From Eledone cirrhosa (Eukaryota): DNA of 64,000 nt. The stretch spans positions 115,816,001-115,880,000 of the forward strand of contig OZ024744.1 of the NCBI GenBank assembly GCA_964016885.1, read 5' to 3'. Below the pieces are notes generated by a model. The model was given only the letters and a program-made list of their open reading frames with translations, was not told the origin of the DNA and searched no databases. Position numbers and translations under genes: made by a program. This document shows positions 25,208 through 38,689 of the stretch, in pieces; position 1 is the first letter of the stretch; each line of letters starts with the position of its first letter.

Positions 25208-26405
25208 AGACTTATGGCGAAACTCTCTGCAATGGGTGTGAAGGATGATCTTTTTAACTTGTTGAAGTCCTTCATTCTCAGCCGAAAAGAGGTAGTCACG
25301 GTTCTAGGACAGCACTCTTCACCATATGAGATGTCATCTGGTGTACCACAGGGATCTATTCTTGGTCCCCTTTTGTTTGTGGCATATATTAATGACATAG
25401 ATGCCAACTTAAAGAATGCCACGGTACTGAAATATGCAGATGACATCAAGCTGTACCTTGAAATCAAAAGGTCAGATCCTGAAATCTACAACTCTTTCCT
25501 ACAATCAGACCTGGACACAATGCAGCAATGGATCACAGACTGGCAACTGAAGCTGGCTGTGGACAAGTGTACCACCATGCATTTTGGGAGGAAAAACCCA
25601 GCGTCCACATACTCCCTTCACAACACTGATATCAAGAAGTCCTCTTGTGAACGTGACCTGGGCATTACTGTCAGCAGCGATTTGCGTTGGACAAAGCATG
25701 TCTCCAAGATTGTCAAGAAGGCCAAGGGTGTCTTGGCATCACTCAGCAAGACCTTTGTTAGCCGCTCTCCAGCCATCTATTTAAAGCTGTATACAGCTAT
25801 GGTGCGACTACACTTGGAATTCGCATCATCAGTCTGGAACCCCTATCTTGCTCAGAACATTGACCTCCTGGAAACTGTTCAGAGACGTGCAACGAAGCGC
25901 ATACCCTCCATCAGACACCTACCATACTCTGAACGCCTTGCTTCCCTGGGCATGGATTCATTGAAGCTCCGACGTCTGGCAATGGGCTTGGTAAACACCC
26001 ACAAAGTTATTAACCATCTTGCCAACAACAACCCTGAACACCTTTTTGATATCCATGTGTCTAACACACGTGGACATGCTTACAAAATCAGAAAACAGCA
26101 CAGCTCCCATGATTTTCGGAAACATTTTTGCCCGCTTAGAGTTGCTGAAGCATAAAACAAACTGCCTGCGTCAGTTGTTACCTGCCGAGACACTGCATCC
26201 TTTAAAACCCTCATGCTTCCCGAAATTCGCCAAAACTACACCTGATATACCCCTTCCATACACATGCACACATGTGTGTATCATGACTCATACACTGTTC
26301 ATTTTCCTGACGTTTGTACATTACTCTATGTACTGTACATATACTTTTGATGAGTTGTGGTGCACCTGAGCACTGTACACAATATTTTCATTATTATATT
26401 ATTAT
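25208..26405 (+). mobile_element. 5'-truncated CR1 LINE, reading frame largely open
   Basis: ORF 24974-26155 (microsatellite-derived N-terminus fused to CR1 RT: GVPQGSILGP, YADD); (ATT)n tail. Confidence 0.93.
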
Positions 26406-26584
26406 ATATACACACATATACATATATACATACATACACACATACACACACACACACACATATACATACATATATACACATACATACATACCACATTACA
26501 GGGTAGACAGGGTCTTTTTATCCATGATTGATGGACGCTAATCAACGAGGTTGCTGATATATATATATATTGATGATATAGATA

Positions 26585-27300
26585 CTAGCAGATTGGCTCG
26601 GCGTTGCTCGGGATTCTAAACATAGATTGGCATGTTTATCCCTCCTTTCTGAAACAGTACACAGAAGTACGGAATACCTTAGCCTCGGGATGGTGTCTAC
26701 ATTTTGTGCTTATAAAAAAAAATTGTCATAGATTACCAGGGGTTTAACTTAATTGGGTACCTGAGAGTGAAATGTTCAACCCACGAAAGCCAAGACAAAG
26801 GGTTAAGTAAAAAGACATTTGACAAACCGAACATGTATTTGTTGTACTATGGTACAATGAAAGCAATAGTTACAGAGCAGTAAGCATGTGGGACTGCAGT
26901 GGTGGAGAGCATGAAGTAATTTAGTTGGATACTTTTAAGGTTACAGGCCCTAACGCAACCAAAATGCTGTAAAAAATCAAATTTTCGCCTAATGCGGTCC
27001 TGGGGCAAAAAATGAGAAAATCATTTTTGCTTAAAACACTTTAAACGACATAAGTAATGCAAATTTTGAAGAAATTGCCTGGATTTTTCCGTTATGCTTC
27101 AAAAAAGCCTTTAAAGCCTAAAATATGCGGTTTTTCGCCTAATGCGGTCCCTAGGGCATTGAAAATTTGAAATATTTATTGCTCACAACACTCACACGAC
27201 CATTAGTATTACATGTGTAAAGTTTGAAAAAAATCAGTTGGGTGGTTCTCGAGTTTTAGGGGGACAGACAGACAGACATTCTCTGTTTCAGATATATAGA
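26585..27300 (-). mobile_element. Non-autonomous Helitron, copy D
   Basis: CTAG at 26585, CTCGGCGTTGCTCGGG hairpin, TC end at 27300. Confidence 0.85.
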
Positions 27301-27334
27301 TATTGATGATAGATATATATATATTTATGTGTGT

Positions 27335-30018
27335 ATTTACTGGGTGGGAAATGACGATGGGATGGGTGGTGTAGGTATACTATTAGCTGACAAGTGGGTA
27401 GATAAAGTAATCTCAGTGTACGGGGTAAATGCAAGAATCATTAAACTGAGACTAGTCCTGAATAAAACAATTACCACAATAATATCAGCTTACGCACCCC
27501 AATCGGGTCTGCCAGACGAACTTAAGGATAGATTTTACGAGTCCCTAATGCACACTACTGTTCTAACAAACGACAATGACTTCCTAATCATCGCAGGAGA
27601 TTTCAACGGACACGTAGGTAAACACTGTGATGGCTTCAATAGAGTCCATGGGGTTGGCACAAGAAATGAAGAAGGATTCAGACTTCTAGAATTCTGCGAC
27701 GCCAATGACATGTTGATATGTAACACAAACTTCAAAAAACCCGACAACGACCTGATCACCTATAGATCAGGGGAGCATTCTAGTCAGATAGATTTTATCC
27801 TCATCAGAGGACATGACAGATAGACGGTCGTAACCACAAAAGCCTACCCTAGTGAGGAAGGTACCTCCTAACATAGTTTAGTTGTCAGCGACCTCACTGT
27901 CAGAACTAGACGAACCTGGAAACAGAGGCCAACCTGGAGAAGAAAGATCTGGAAGCTGAAAGACCCTTCAGCCAGTAACAGATTTAAAGATACTTTACTC
28001 AACGCCTACGACAGTAAAGAAGAACAGATAGAGACATTCAATGTAGAAGAGCACTGGGAGTTCCTAAAAAATAACTTACCAGAGGTGACGGATGAGATCT
28101 GTGGCTGGAGTAAGACCACAAGCAGGAGGAGAGTGATTTGGTGGTGGAACAATAAGGTAGATGAGGCAGTTAAGGCCAAGAGACAGGCATGGAAAGAATG
28201 GAAGAACGGGGGGAGAAGGGTACATTACATAGAGACCAGGAGGGAAGCTAGGCGACAAGTGTACTTAGCTAGGAGGGAAGCAAAGGATAGAAAATTCAAG
28301 CATGTTTTGCAACAGGAGGACCAGAAACAGGAGGTGTTCAAGATTGCGAAGCAGTGTGTCAGAGAGAATTGTGATGTCATTGGAGAGAAGTGTATCCGGA
28401 ATGATAAAGGTGAGCTTGCCCTCACAAGTGCTGAGAAGAAAGATGCATGGAAGAGTCATTATGATAGATTACTAAATGAGGAGAATGCATGGGAAGAAGA
28501 GACCCTACCCCAAGTAGACCCTACAGAGGGGCCAGCAGTACAAGTCAGCAGCAGCGTAGTAAGTAAGGCAATCAAAGATATGAAGATGAGGAAGGCAACC
28601 GGTCCATCGGGTATAGCTGCCAAGATGCTGAAGGCATCTGGGTCTGTAGGTCACACTATAACCACACGTATTGTTAACCAGGTAATACTAGAAGGTGTCA
28701 TACCAAAAGATTGGTGCAGTAGCATCATTGTCAACTGCTACAAAGGGTAAAGGTGATGAACTCGATAGAGGAAACTATAGAGGTATAAAGCTGATGGGCC
28801 AGGTCATGAAAGTAACAGAAAGAGTTATAGCACAGTTGATTAGGGACTGGGGGAAACTAGATGAGATGCAATTTGGGTTTGTACCAGGAAGAGGCACCAC
28901 TGATGCCCTCTTCCTTATGAGGCAGTTACAGGAAAAGTACCTAGCTAAAAGTAAGCCACTCTACCTGGCATTCGTCGATCTCGAGAAAGCCTTTGACAGA
29001 GTTCCACGTGCTGTAATCTGGTGGGATCTTAGAAAACTAGGAGTAGATGAATGGCTTGTGAAAGCGGTACAAGCCATGTAGAGGGGAGCAGTCAGCAAAG
29101 TTAGGATTAGCAATGACTATAGCGAGGAATTTAGCGTACAGGTTGGTGTCCACCAGGGCTCTGTTCTTAGCCCTCTCCTGTTCATCATAGTTCTGCAGAC
29201 AATAACGGAGGAGTTTAAGACAGGATGCCCATGGGAACTCCTGTATGCTGATGACCTCGCACTTATAGCTGAATCTATGGTAGAACTAGAGAAGAAATTC
29301 AAAAACTTGGAAGCAGAGACTAGAAAGAAAGGGTCTCAAAGTCAACATGACAAAGACTAAGGTCCTTGTAAGTAGACGAGAAAACAGAACCCAGATCCCC
29401 TCAGGGAAATGGCCTTGCTCAGTATGTAGGAAAGGTGTAGGTAAGAACTTCATTCTCTGCCCCAAATGCAAACAATGGGTACACAAGAGATGTAGCAGGA
29501 TCTCAGGAAGCTTAATTAAGAATGTAGGCTTCACATGCAGCAGCTGTAGTGGGACAGCAAGCAGCAAACAGCCACAGGAAACAAGTACCACCAATTTCTG
29601 GGAGGGCTCTGTAGAGACAGTAGACAGCTTCTGCTACCTAGGTGACTGAATTAGCAGCGGAGGTGGGTGTTCAGAAAGTACAATAACTAGGGTAAGAACG
29701 GGATGGAAGAAGTTCAGGGAACTACTGCCACTGCTAGCTGCAAAATGAAAGGCAGACTGTATGATGCGTGTATCTGAACAGCAATGTTACATGGTAGTGA
29801 AACCTGGGCGCTGAAGGTGGAAGACTTACGTAGATTAGAGAGAAATGAAGCCTGCATGCTCCGATGGATGTGTAATAGTAATATACGTAATTGTAATTTC
29901 CTCGAACGACAAAGCATAAATGAATTGAGAGAGAGACTGAGCATAAGAGGAATCAAATAGTATGTGCAGGAGAGGCGGTTGCGTTGGTATGGACATGTGA
30001 TGCGTCTGAAGGATGACA
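27335..30018 (+). mobile_element. RTE LINE, APE endonuclease and RT, truncated at both ends, decayed
   Basis: GVGILL, SAYAPQ, GDFNGHVG, QIDFIL, NYRGIKL, FVDLEKAFDRV, GVHQGSVLSP, LYADD; stops and frameshifts. Confidence 0.95.
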
Positions 30019-30061
30019 TCTGGCTCTATGTAGACCTGTCCAACCCTGGTTAGCAGGGAAA

Positions 30062-30620
30062 GGGGACGTTAAACGATGCTGGTGATGGTGATGATGATGG
30101 CAATAATATAATTATAGTTTAATTTGATTCATAAAATGACTAATTTAGGTCGCCATGCCCCAATTCTAAAACAAATTGTAATACATGTAACAAGGGAGGT
30201 AATCCAAGGCAACTGTTGTCTTAAATGATATTACTGTGTTATGACTTATTAAACTAAATATATTTTGAATTAAAACTAGACATAAATTATTCCCAATATA
30301 TACAGTGAGTCTATGTTTCGATGTACTTAAATAACATATACCCAATGACTGGTGCAATCGTAAATTGCTACAAGGGTAAAGGTGATACCCTAGAAAGGAG
30401 CAACTATAAGGGAATATAATTAATGGACCAAGTTATGAAAGTAACAGAGTTATAACACAACTAATTAGGGAAAGAGTTAAATTAGACGAGATGCAGCTCA
30501 GAGAAGTTCCTAGCTAATAATAAGCTTCTATATTTAGTTTTGTTTTGGTCTAGAAAAGGCTGAGTATCACGATCTATTATCTGGTGGTCCTTAAATAAAT
30601 TGGGTGAAGAAGAATGGCTT
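30062..30620 (+). repeat. Duplicated segment copy D (continues at 33161 after a Gypsy insertion)
   Basis: Matches 6560-7120; colinearity resumes at ~33160. Confidence 0.93.
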
Positions 30621-33160
30621 TGAAATGTAGCCAGAGGCATTCGGAATTAACTTGTCTCTCTCTATCGCTGGTTCCACCATTCACGTGGGGTACTTTACAC
30701 TCGCGTCTGTCTTCACACGTCCATCACCTTGCAGGGAGTATGGCTAAGAGAGGGCTGTTCACGGCCTGATCCCTCGAGTTGCTTGCGTCCTCCTGTTTAC
30801 GATCAGGCGTCCCCCAACTTCCGGCAACCCCATTCACACGGCTGCTCTACACCCCCCTTTATCTCGCGGCAGCCCCACATGCATCCCTGATCCCAAGAAT
30901 CAATCCCCCCCCCCCCCATCACATTGCTCCATCTCAAAATCCGCCATGCACCTAGGTTGACGGCGGCTCCGTTGTGATCTCTGCACTGTTGGGGCGGCAC
31001 TTTCATTTTCCTCTTGCTTGGAGTCCATCACCACAACGACTCTACGGATGTCCGAGACGTGACGTGGCATTCCGTCCACAGACACGTTGTTTTGGGAATT
31101 TAAGGTGGCTACCATTCCCTTTCCGCAGATGTGCAACACGCGTTCGGGGGCTTGACCCATACCTCCTCGCCCTCTCATACGAATGCGTTCTCTTTCTCCA
31201 CGGACTGCTGTGGTACCGTGTACGGGTGTCGCCATCTCATATCTATATATTGCCCTGTGTGGCACCGACTCCTCGGCCTGTCTCATATTGTACCAGAGCA
31301 CTGCCTCCATTGGCGAAATGTGCCCCCTTTCCGCCATGGCCTTGATCGTGTGACGATGTCTCTCCACAATCCCATTTCCACTTGGCCTGTATGCCGCTCT
31401 GAAGAAGCGGTTCACCTTCCACTTGTCATGCATTTCCCTCAGCGCCTCCGAGCGAAACGTCGTGCTGTTGTCCATCAGCAGTTCATCTACAGGGCCCCGC
31501 TCCAAGAATATCTCTCTCAGCGTCCGCACGATTTCCTCCGCAGTCCCTGTCTTCATTTCCTTCCATATCTCCATCCGCCTCGGTCCACAATCGACCATCA
31601 AGAGATATGTTCCTTGTCGGTAATGTGTCACATCCACTGCTAATCGCTTCCAGTTGTGCTCCACCGGGATGCTGCCTGTCTCGTGCACATCCGGGGCAGG
31701 GTCAATAGACTGGCATCTATCGCAACCTCCGACCACTCTCTGGACACTCTGTCTGCTAACATCAGAGTCGATTCTTCTGGCTAGGAACAGGGTCCTACCC
31801 ACTCCCATAGGGTGCATGGTGTGCAACCCCCTAAACTCTGAGTCACTCAGCTGACACACTGCTGCTATCCCCTTCTCTGCGTCCTCTGGCATTTTCAGCC
31901 AGGCTTTCTTCACCCTGGTTAATACGCCTGCCCTGTTTCTCTCTGAGGGCACGAAAACGACACTCAACTCCAGGCCGAACTCAGTAGACAGCTCTCCCAG
32001 AGTTCCCAGGTGGCGCTTTATCAACATTTCTGTTGCCCCTCTCGTTCGCACCCTCCTCTCACTGGTAAGCACTGATCTCACCCATCCGAGTACAGTGGCC
32101 GAGTCAGTGCGGATTTCTATGGTGCGCAGTCCCCATCTGAGGGCGAGATTCACCCCTCTCAGCACAGCCTCCAGTTTGACCACATTGATCTGGTTGTAGT
32201 CCTCCTTCTACCTGAGCTAGGCTGCGTCCTCGACCTTGACGCCCCCTATCTCCAGAGTGACCCCTAGTGCTATGCTGCTGGTATCACACAATACATGCCG
32301 CTCTCCGATTTGGGGACGTACCAGCGTCCTCTCACTGGGTCATCCGCCTTTACTCTCTCCACGATTTCCTGCATCATGGCCACTGTCCTCTCTCCAACCC
32401 TGTCACCCTATCTCTTGACAGCTGCATGCCGTCCCGAACCACCCTGTGATCGGATAGTGGCTGACCAATTTACCACATATTGAGAAGAGTTCCCGTCTAT
32501 TCATATCGGGGCCCATTTCTGGGACTTCGTTACCCCTCCGAAACACCAGTGTGCCCGTCTGATCCCTTTGCAACTTGAGTCCTAGCGTGGCTCCTCCTTC
32601 CATCGACTCCGGCGGTTTCGCGGTCAGCCCGAACCTTCCGAAGTGGCCTGAGACCTCTGCTGTTGACACCATCGTCTCGTCCCCCAAGATATCGTCGATG
32701 TAGGAGTTGGTGGCCCTCTTCACCTTGTCCGCTTTCCCCAGAATGGCTTTGAGGACCGTCTCCATGATTTTTGGTGCAGAGTTCAACCTGAAGCTAAGCC
32801 TGGTCAGGCAGTATATCTGGCCCTTATATCTGACCAGCTGATATTTCCACAGCTTCTCATCCACGTGTAACTGCAGGTATGCCAAATTTAAGTCAACAAT
32901 TGTGGAGGCCCCCATCATTCATCTCCACTCTCGCAAAGTTTCCCCGCAAACATCCGTGACCTCACCACCTGTGTGGCATGACATGTGTTCGTTCAGCTCA
33001 CGAAAGTCCAACACTGGCCTAACCTTGTTCTTCGTGGGCTGCAACACTGCCATCAGCAGCAACACTCCACACTTCACCTCCCCCTTCCAAGGAATCAGTA
33101 TACCCTCCTTAATCCATCTCTGTACCTCTCCCTCAAACACACTTCTGGCAGCCCCACATG
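30621..33160 (-). mobile_element. Ty3/Gypsy-like LTR retrotransposon, 5'-deleted (RT-RH-IN, PPT and 3' LTR)
   Basis: RPVLDFRELN, YIDD, RTDS, HHCC remnant, VDVT/MDN/NGIVER integrase; poly-G PPT at 30905-30917; LTR 30621-30902 with TGA..TCA ends. Confidence 0.88.
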
Positions 33161-35325
33161 AGAACAGTGCAAGTTTATTATAGTCTTTCAGGCCATAACA
33201 GAGGAGTTTAAGACATGATGTATATGGAAACTTCTGTACTCTGATGATCTACTCTTCATAGCAGAATCCATAGAGAAACTAGAGAAGAAGTTCTGTTGAA
33301 ACAGAATTTACAATCAAAAGGTTTTAGAGTAAAGTTAGCCAAAACTAAAGTGTTGGTAAGTAGGAGAGAAGATAGGACCCTGACCCCATCAGGGAAGTGG
33401 CCCTACTCAATATGAGGAGGTAGTAACTCTATATTATGTACACAATGCAAATCTTGTGTACACAAAGGTTGTAGTAGAATAGCAAGCAGATTAACAGGAA
33501 GGGAAGATTTTGTATGTAACAGATGTTTAGGGCTAATCAATGGGAAGAGTGTCAGTGATATAAATCTTTTTTAATCCCTGGAAGGATCCATAGAAGTAGT
33601 TGATAGCTTCTGCTACCCAGGTGATCTAATTAGCAGTGAGGGAGGATGCTCCAATTACATAATTGCTAGAATAAAGACAAGATGGAAAAAGTTTACGGAG
33701 CTACTACCTCAGTTGATAACAAAAGGTTTCTCCCTATGTACAAAATGATGATGCCTGGGTACAAAGTGTGATATTACATGGTAGTGAAACAAGGGCGGTG
33801 ACTGTAGAAGACATGTGGTGCTACATGGTAGTGAAACATGGGCAGTGACTGTAGAAGACATGTGGTGCTACATGGTAGTGAAACATGGGCAGTGACTGTG
33901 GAGGACATGTGGGGTTACATGGTAGTGAAACATGAACTGTGACTGTGGAGGATACGTGGTGCTACATGGTAGTGAAACATGGGCAGTGACTGTGGAGGAC
34001 ATGTGGTGCTACATGGTAGTGAAACATGAACTGTGACTGTGGAGGATACGTGGTGCTACATGGTAGTGAAACATGGGCAGTGACTGTGGAGGACATGTGG
34101 TGCTACATGGTAGTGAAACATGGACTGTGACTGTGGAGGCCACGTGGTGCTACATGGTAGTGAAACATGGGCAGTGACTGTGGAGGACATGTAGTGCTAC
34201 ATGGTAGTGAAACATGGGCTGTAACTATGGAGGACATGTGGTGCTACATGGTAGTGAAACATGGGCTGTAACTATGGAGGACATGTGGTGCTACATGGTA
34301 GTGAAACATGGGCAGTGACTGTGGAGGACATGTGGTGCTACATGGTAGTGAAACATGGGATGTGACTGTGGAGGACATGTGGTGCTACATGGTAGTGAAA
34401 CATGGGCTGTAACTATGGAGGACATGTGGTGCCTCATGGTAGTGAAACATGAGTTGTGACTGTGGAGGACACGTGGTGCTACATGGTAGTGAAACATGGG
34501 CTGTAACTGTGGAAGACATGTGGTGCTACATGGTAGTGAAACATGGGATGTGACTGTGGAGGACATGTGGTGCTACATGGTAGTGAAACATGGGCTGTAA
34601 CTGTGTAGGACATGTGGTGCTACGTGGTAGTGAAACATGGGCTGTAGCTGTGGAGGACATGTGGTGCTACATGGTAGTGAAACATGGACTGTGACTGTGG
34701 AGGACATATGGTGCTACATGGTAGTGAAACATGGGCTGTGACTGTGGAGGACATGTAGTGCTACATGGTAGTGAAACATGGGCTGTGACTGTGGAGGACA
34801 TATGGTGCTACATGGTAGTGAAACATGGGATGTGACTGTGGAGGACATGTGGTGCTACATGGTAGTGAAACATGGGCTGTAACTGTGTAGGACATGTGGT
34901 GCTACATGGTAGTGAAACATGGGCTGTAGCTGTGGAGGACATGTGTAGACTGGAGAGAAATGAAGCAACCATGCTCCGTTGGATGTTTAATCTAAATGTG
35001 AGAGAGAGGCAGAACTGGGACAAGTTGAGGGAGAAGCTGGGTTTAAGAGGAATCGGAGGTGGTGTGTAAGAGAGAAGACTGCTTTGATATGGATATGAGG
35101 TGTGTATGGATGGTGATTGTTGGGTGAAGAAGTGTCAGGAAATGCCAGTGGAAGGTAGCTACAGAAGAGGTAGACCAAGAAAGACCTGGTTGGAAATGGT
35201 GAGAACTGACCCCAAATCACTGAGACTCACACAAGAGATGACAAAAGAACAGTTGAGTGGAGAGATGCTGGAAAAGACTCATTCAACCAATGTGGGCATG
35301 GAAAAAACAGACGTAAAAACGATGG
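33161..35325 (+). mobile_element. Decayed RTE 3' half, interrupted by a self-derived 47-bp array
   Basis: Colinear RT C-terminal motifs on both sides of the array (..RLERNEATMLRWM, GRPRKTW) and a GACGTAAAA tail. Confidence 0.88.
33774..34945 (+). repeat. 47-bp minisatellite (~25 units) from the RTE LHGSETWA coding segment
   Basis: CTACATGGTAGTGAAACATGGGCTGTGACTGTGGAGGACATGTGGTG. Confidence 0.96.
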
Positions 35326-35382
35326 TGATGATGATGATGGTAATGATGATGGTGATAGCGGTGATGATGATGATGGTGATGG

Positions 35383-35423
<41 letters not shown>

Positions 35424-35430
35424 GTGGTGG

Positions 35431-35472
<42 letters not shown>

Positions 35473-35571
35473 CGACGATGATGACGATGATGATGATGAT
35501 GGTGGCGATGATGATGGTGATGATGACGATGGTGATGGTGATGATGATGATGATGGTGGTGATGATGATGA
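35320..35571. repeat. Expanded (GAT/GGT)n LINE tail microsatellite
   Basis: Follows the RTE 3' terminal motif. Confidence 0.95.
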
Positions 35572-35611
35572 CATATATACTTCTGTTAATGGAATATATA
35601 TATCACCATCA

Positions 35612-36095
35612 TGTTGAGTTGGTATGGACATGTGATGCATATGAAGAATGACAACTGCATAAAAAGGTGCAGAGCACTAAAAGTTGATGGAGTGGGGAGA
35701 CCCAAGAAGACCTGGGATGAGGTGATAAAGGCCGACCTTATCCAATTACACCTCTCAAAGGCGATGACACACGACCGTGACCTCTGGCGTCACACAGTAA
35801 TACAGAAGACCCGACCCCCCCATGGGTACAAGCCGAAGGTGAAGCATATTGACAATATGCCCCCACACCCTCCCACTGTAAAGTGGTCGTGGAGGTGCCA
35901 CGACAAAAAAAGCACCCAGCCCACACTGTAAATGAGGTTGGTGTTAGGAAGGGCATCCAGCTGTAGAAATCAAGCCAGAATCAGTTTCTGTATCAGCAAG
36001 ACATGGTCAGCCGACCTGACACTGCCCACAACAGGACAACCCGTCTAACCCATGCTAGCGTGGAAGAACGGACGTAAAACGGTGATGATGATTAT
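35612..36095 (+). mobile_element. 5'-truncated RTE 3' end
   Basis: WYGHV..GRPKKTW; 3'UTR like 20220-20540. Confidence 0.9.
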
Positions 36096-36279
36096 GATCA
36101 TTGTCATTTAATATCCAGTTTGTCAGTGAGTCTCATCTACCTCTACCGTGGCTTCGCTCCACTGGGATTACTATGTATATAATATGTGGGGGGCAGTGAA
36201 TTGACAGTAGTGGTGGAGTGTCAGACAAACTTGTCTATTGCAAGATTTATCTTTTTAATAATTTAAGTAATGTAACTAG

Positions 36280-37320
36280 TAGAGGTATATGGCCTAGTGG
36301 TAAGGGTGTTAGACTGGGTTGTGTGTTGTGTTCTTGAACAAAACACTTCATTTCACATTACTCCAGTATACTACAGTGGAGGTATGTGGTGGCCTAGTGG
36401 TAAGGGTGTTAGACTGGGTTGTGTGTTGTGTTCTTGAAAAAAACACTACATTTCACATTACTCCAGTATACTACAGTGGCGGTATGTGGTGGCCTAGTGG
36501 TAAGGGTGTTTGACCAGGTTGTATGTTGTGTTCTTGAACAAAACATTTCATTTCACATTACTCCAGTATACTACAGTGGAGGTATGTGGTGGCCTAGTGG
36601 TAAGGGTGTTAGACTGGATTGTGTGTTGTGTTCTTGGACAAAACACTTCACATTACTCCAGTATACTACAGTGGAGGTATGTGGTGGCCTAGTGCTAAGG
36701 GTGTTAGACTGACTTGTGTGTTGTATTCTTGAACAAAACACTTCATTTCATATTACACCAGTATACTACAGTGGAGGTATGTGGTGGCCTAGTGGTAAGG
36801 GTGTTAGACTGGGTTGTGTGTTGTGTTCTTGAACAAAACATTTTATTTCACATTACTCCATTATACTACAGTAGAGGTATGGAGAGGCCTAGTGGTAAGG
36901 GTGTTAGACTGGGTTGTGTGTTGTGTTCTTGAACAAGACACTTCATTTCACATTACTCCAGTATACTACAGTGGAAGCATATGGTGGCCTAGTGGTAAGG
37001 GTGTTTGACTGGTATGTGTGTTGTGTTCTTGAACAAAACACTTCATTTCACATTGCTCTAGTATACTACAGTAGAGGTATGTGGTGGCCTAGTGGTAAGG
37101 GTGTGAGACTGGGTTGTGTGTTGTGTTCTTTAACAAAACACTGCATTTCACATTTGTTTCAGTATACTTAACTGAAAAAAGATTACCATCACCAATAATT
37201 GGGGCTTTAACTCTGTGATGGACTGGTGCCCTATCCAGGGTTCCACTCTCAGTCATTTAACAACACTGAAAGCCGGATAAGTACCTGCCTGATGGGCCTT
37301 CTTGTGTTGAGACAGACGTT
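36280..37320 (+). repeat. 100-bp tandem array (9 units) of a tRNA-derived SINE 5'/core region, followed by one SINE 3' half (~37170-37320)
   Basis: GGCCTAGTGGTAAGGGTGTTAGACT at 36291, 36391, 36491 etc.; CORE-like TTGTGTTCTTGAACAAAACACTT. Confidence 0.85.
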
Positions 37321-37999
37321 AGAATTTTCTAAAACTCTCAATTCTTGAATAAATGTATTTCAAAATTCATTATTTGATTACGGAAATGTTCACAATGTGT
37401 GTTCTAGATGTTCTATCAACAAAACCACAAACTTATGAAATTAAGGTGTGGCTGGGCATTTCATTGATGTATATCTTTCACATAATTCTCAGGGAGATTC
37501 AGCATGTGTGACAATGATGACCAGTTGAATTATAGGTACATTCCATCTGGATACCAAATCTCACACAGACTTGGAGGTGAGGTTATGGTAAATGACATTT
37601 ACCCAAGATGCCACAGGACTTAGTGTGAATTGATGGGCGTTCCCCTTTGTCCCTAGGTAAGAGGCTGGTGTCTCATCTGGGATACCACAGACTGACGCCA
37701 TTACTGACTCCTTTGCTCCCACCCACATCATGGATGTTCTGGTAAATGTGGGGGTCACTGCTTCTGTAAGCAAACGGAATAAAAGTGTAAAATATTGGGA
37801 ATTATCAAGAAATTATTTTTTGCCAACCTCTGGCATTTGAGATGCTTGGAGGAGCTGGGTCACTGACAGTGAAGTTCTTGTCATTGTTAGGAGCTCGTCT
37901 TTACTGAGGTATCACATGATACTCTAGGTGAGGGTACTTAGTTGTTCCAGGACCTTAGCCTCGCCATCACCCAGCCTTACTGAGGTGAGGGTGCTTGGT

Positions 38000-38415
38000 T
38001 GTCACACACAGAACGGATCTGGCCATCGGCCGAGTCCATAGTGAAGATCGACCCGCCGCCTTCTTTTGGTCAGGAAGAGCAGGCAATGTGTTCCTCTGTC
38101 TGGTGGCAGTAGCAAAAGAGGTTGCATGGTGGACCAGGTTTAAAGGACTGAAGACAGACACTTTTCTCTTCGGCCAATCCCTCATCAACTTCTTCAAGTT
38201 TCACCTGGAAAGGAAGGTGAGGGTGGAGAGAGAAGTGCTGCCCTGCCCCCAGTACATTTGCTAAAAGGTGGATGAATGTGGCGAGAATGGCCCGTGTGAA
38301 TGGGTCTACTCTGACCATGTGCCTATAGGCTAGCTAACTTGAGGAGAGGGGTGCCCTTCCTGGATGCCCTCTAGTGTCGGCTGGTTCAGGATTGGTGGAG
38401 TACCTGAACTGACCC
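38000..38415 (+). mobile_element. Probable 3' end of an L1/Tx1-like LINE
   Basis: LVAVAKEVAWWTR..FFKFHLERKVRVERE resembles Tx1 ORF2 C-termini; followed by a (GTTGTTACT)n tail at 38416-38505. Confidence 0.45.
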
Positions 38416-38689
38416 TGTTGTTACTGTTGTTGTTGTTACTGTTGTTGTTACTGTTGTTGTTACTGTTGTTGTTACTGTTGTTGTTACTGTTGTTGTTACT
38501 GGTGTTGTATATTTGGTGGAACCTATAACTAAAATTAAGCTAAACTATAGTAATATAAGTATATAAAGTAATATAGGTATATACAATATAAACTACAGTT
38601 ATATATTATATAATATAAGCTATAGATGTATGTATAATATAGACTATAGGTATATATAATATAGACTATAGGTGTATATATAATATATA

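Noticed and set aside
24974-26155. 393-aa His/Thr-rich RT fusion gene
   Set aside because: The N-terminus is a translated CA microsatellite in frame by chance with a truncated CR1; the paralog is frameshifted
35100-35651. Poly-Met or poly-Ser protein
   Set aside because: Translation of an expanded (GAT)n LINE tail
36285-37110. tRNA gene cluster
   Set aside because: Only an A-box/D-arm-like start; no T-arm, B-box or cloverleaf
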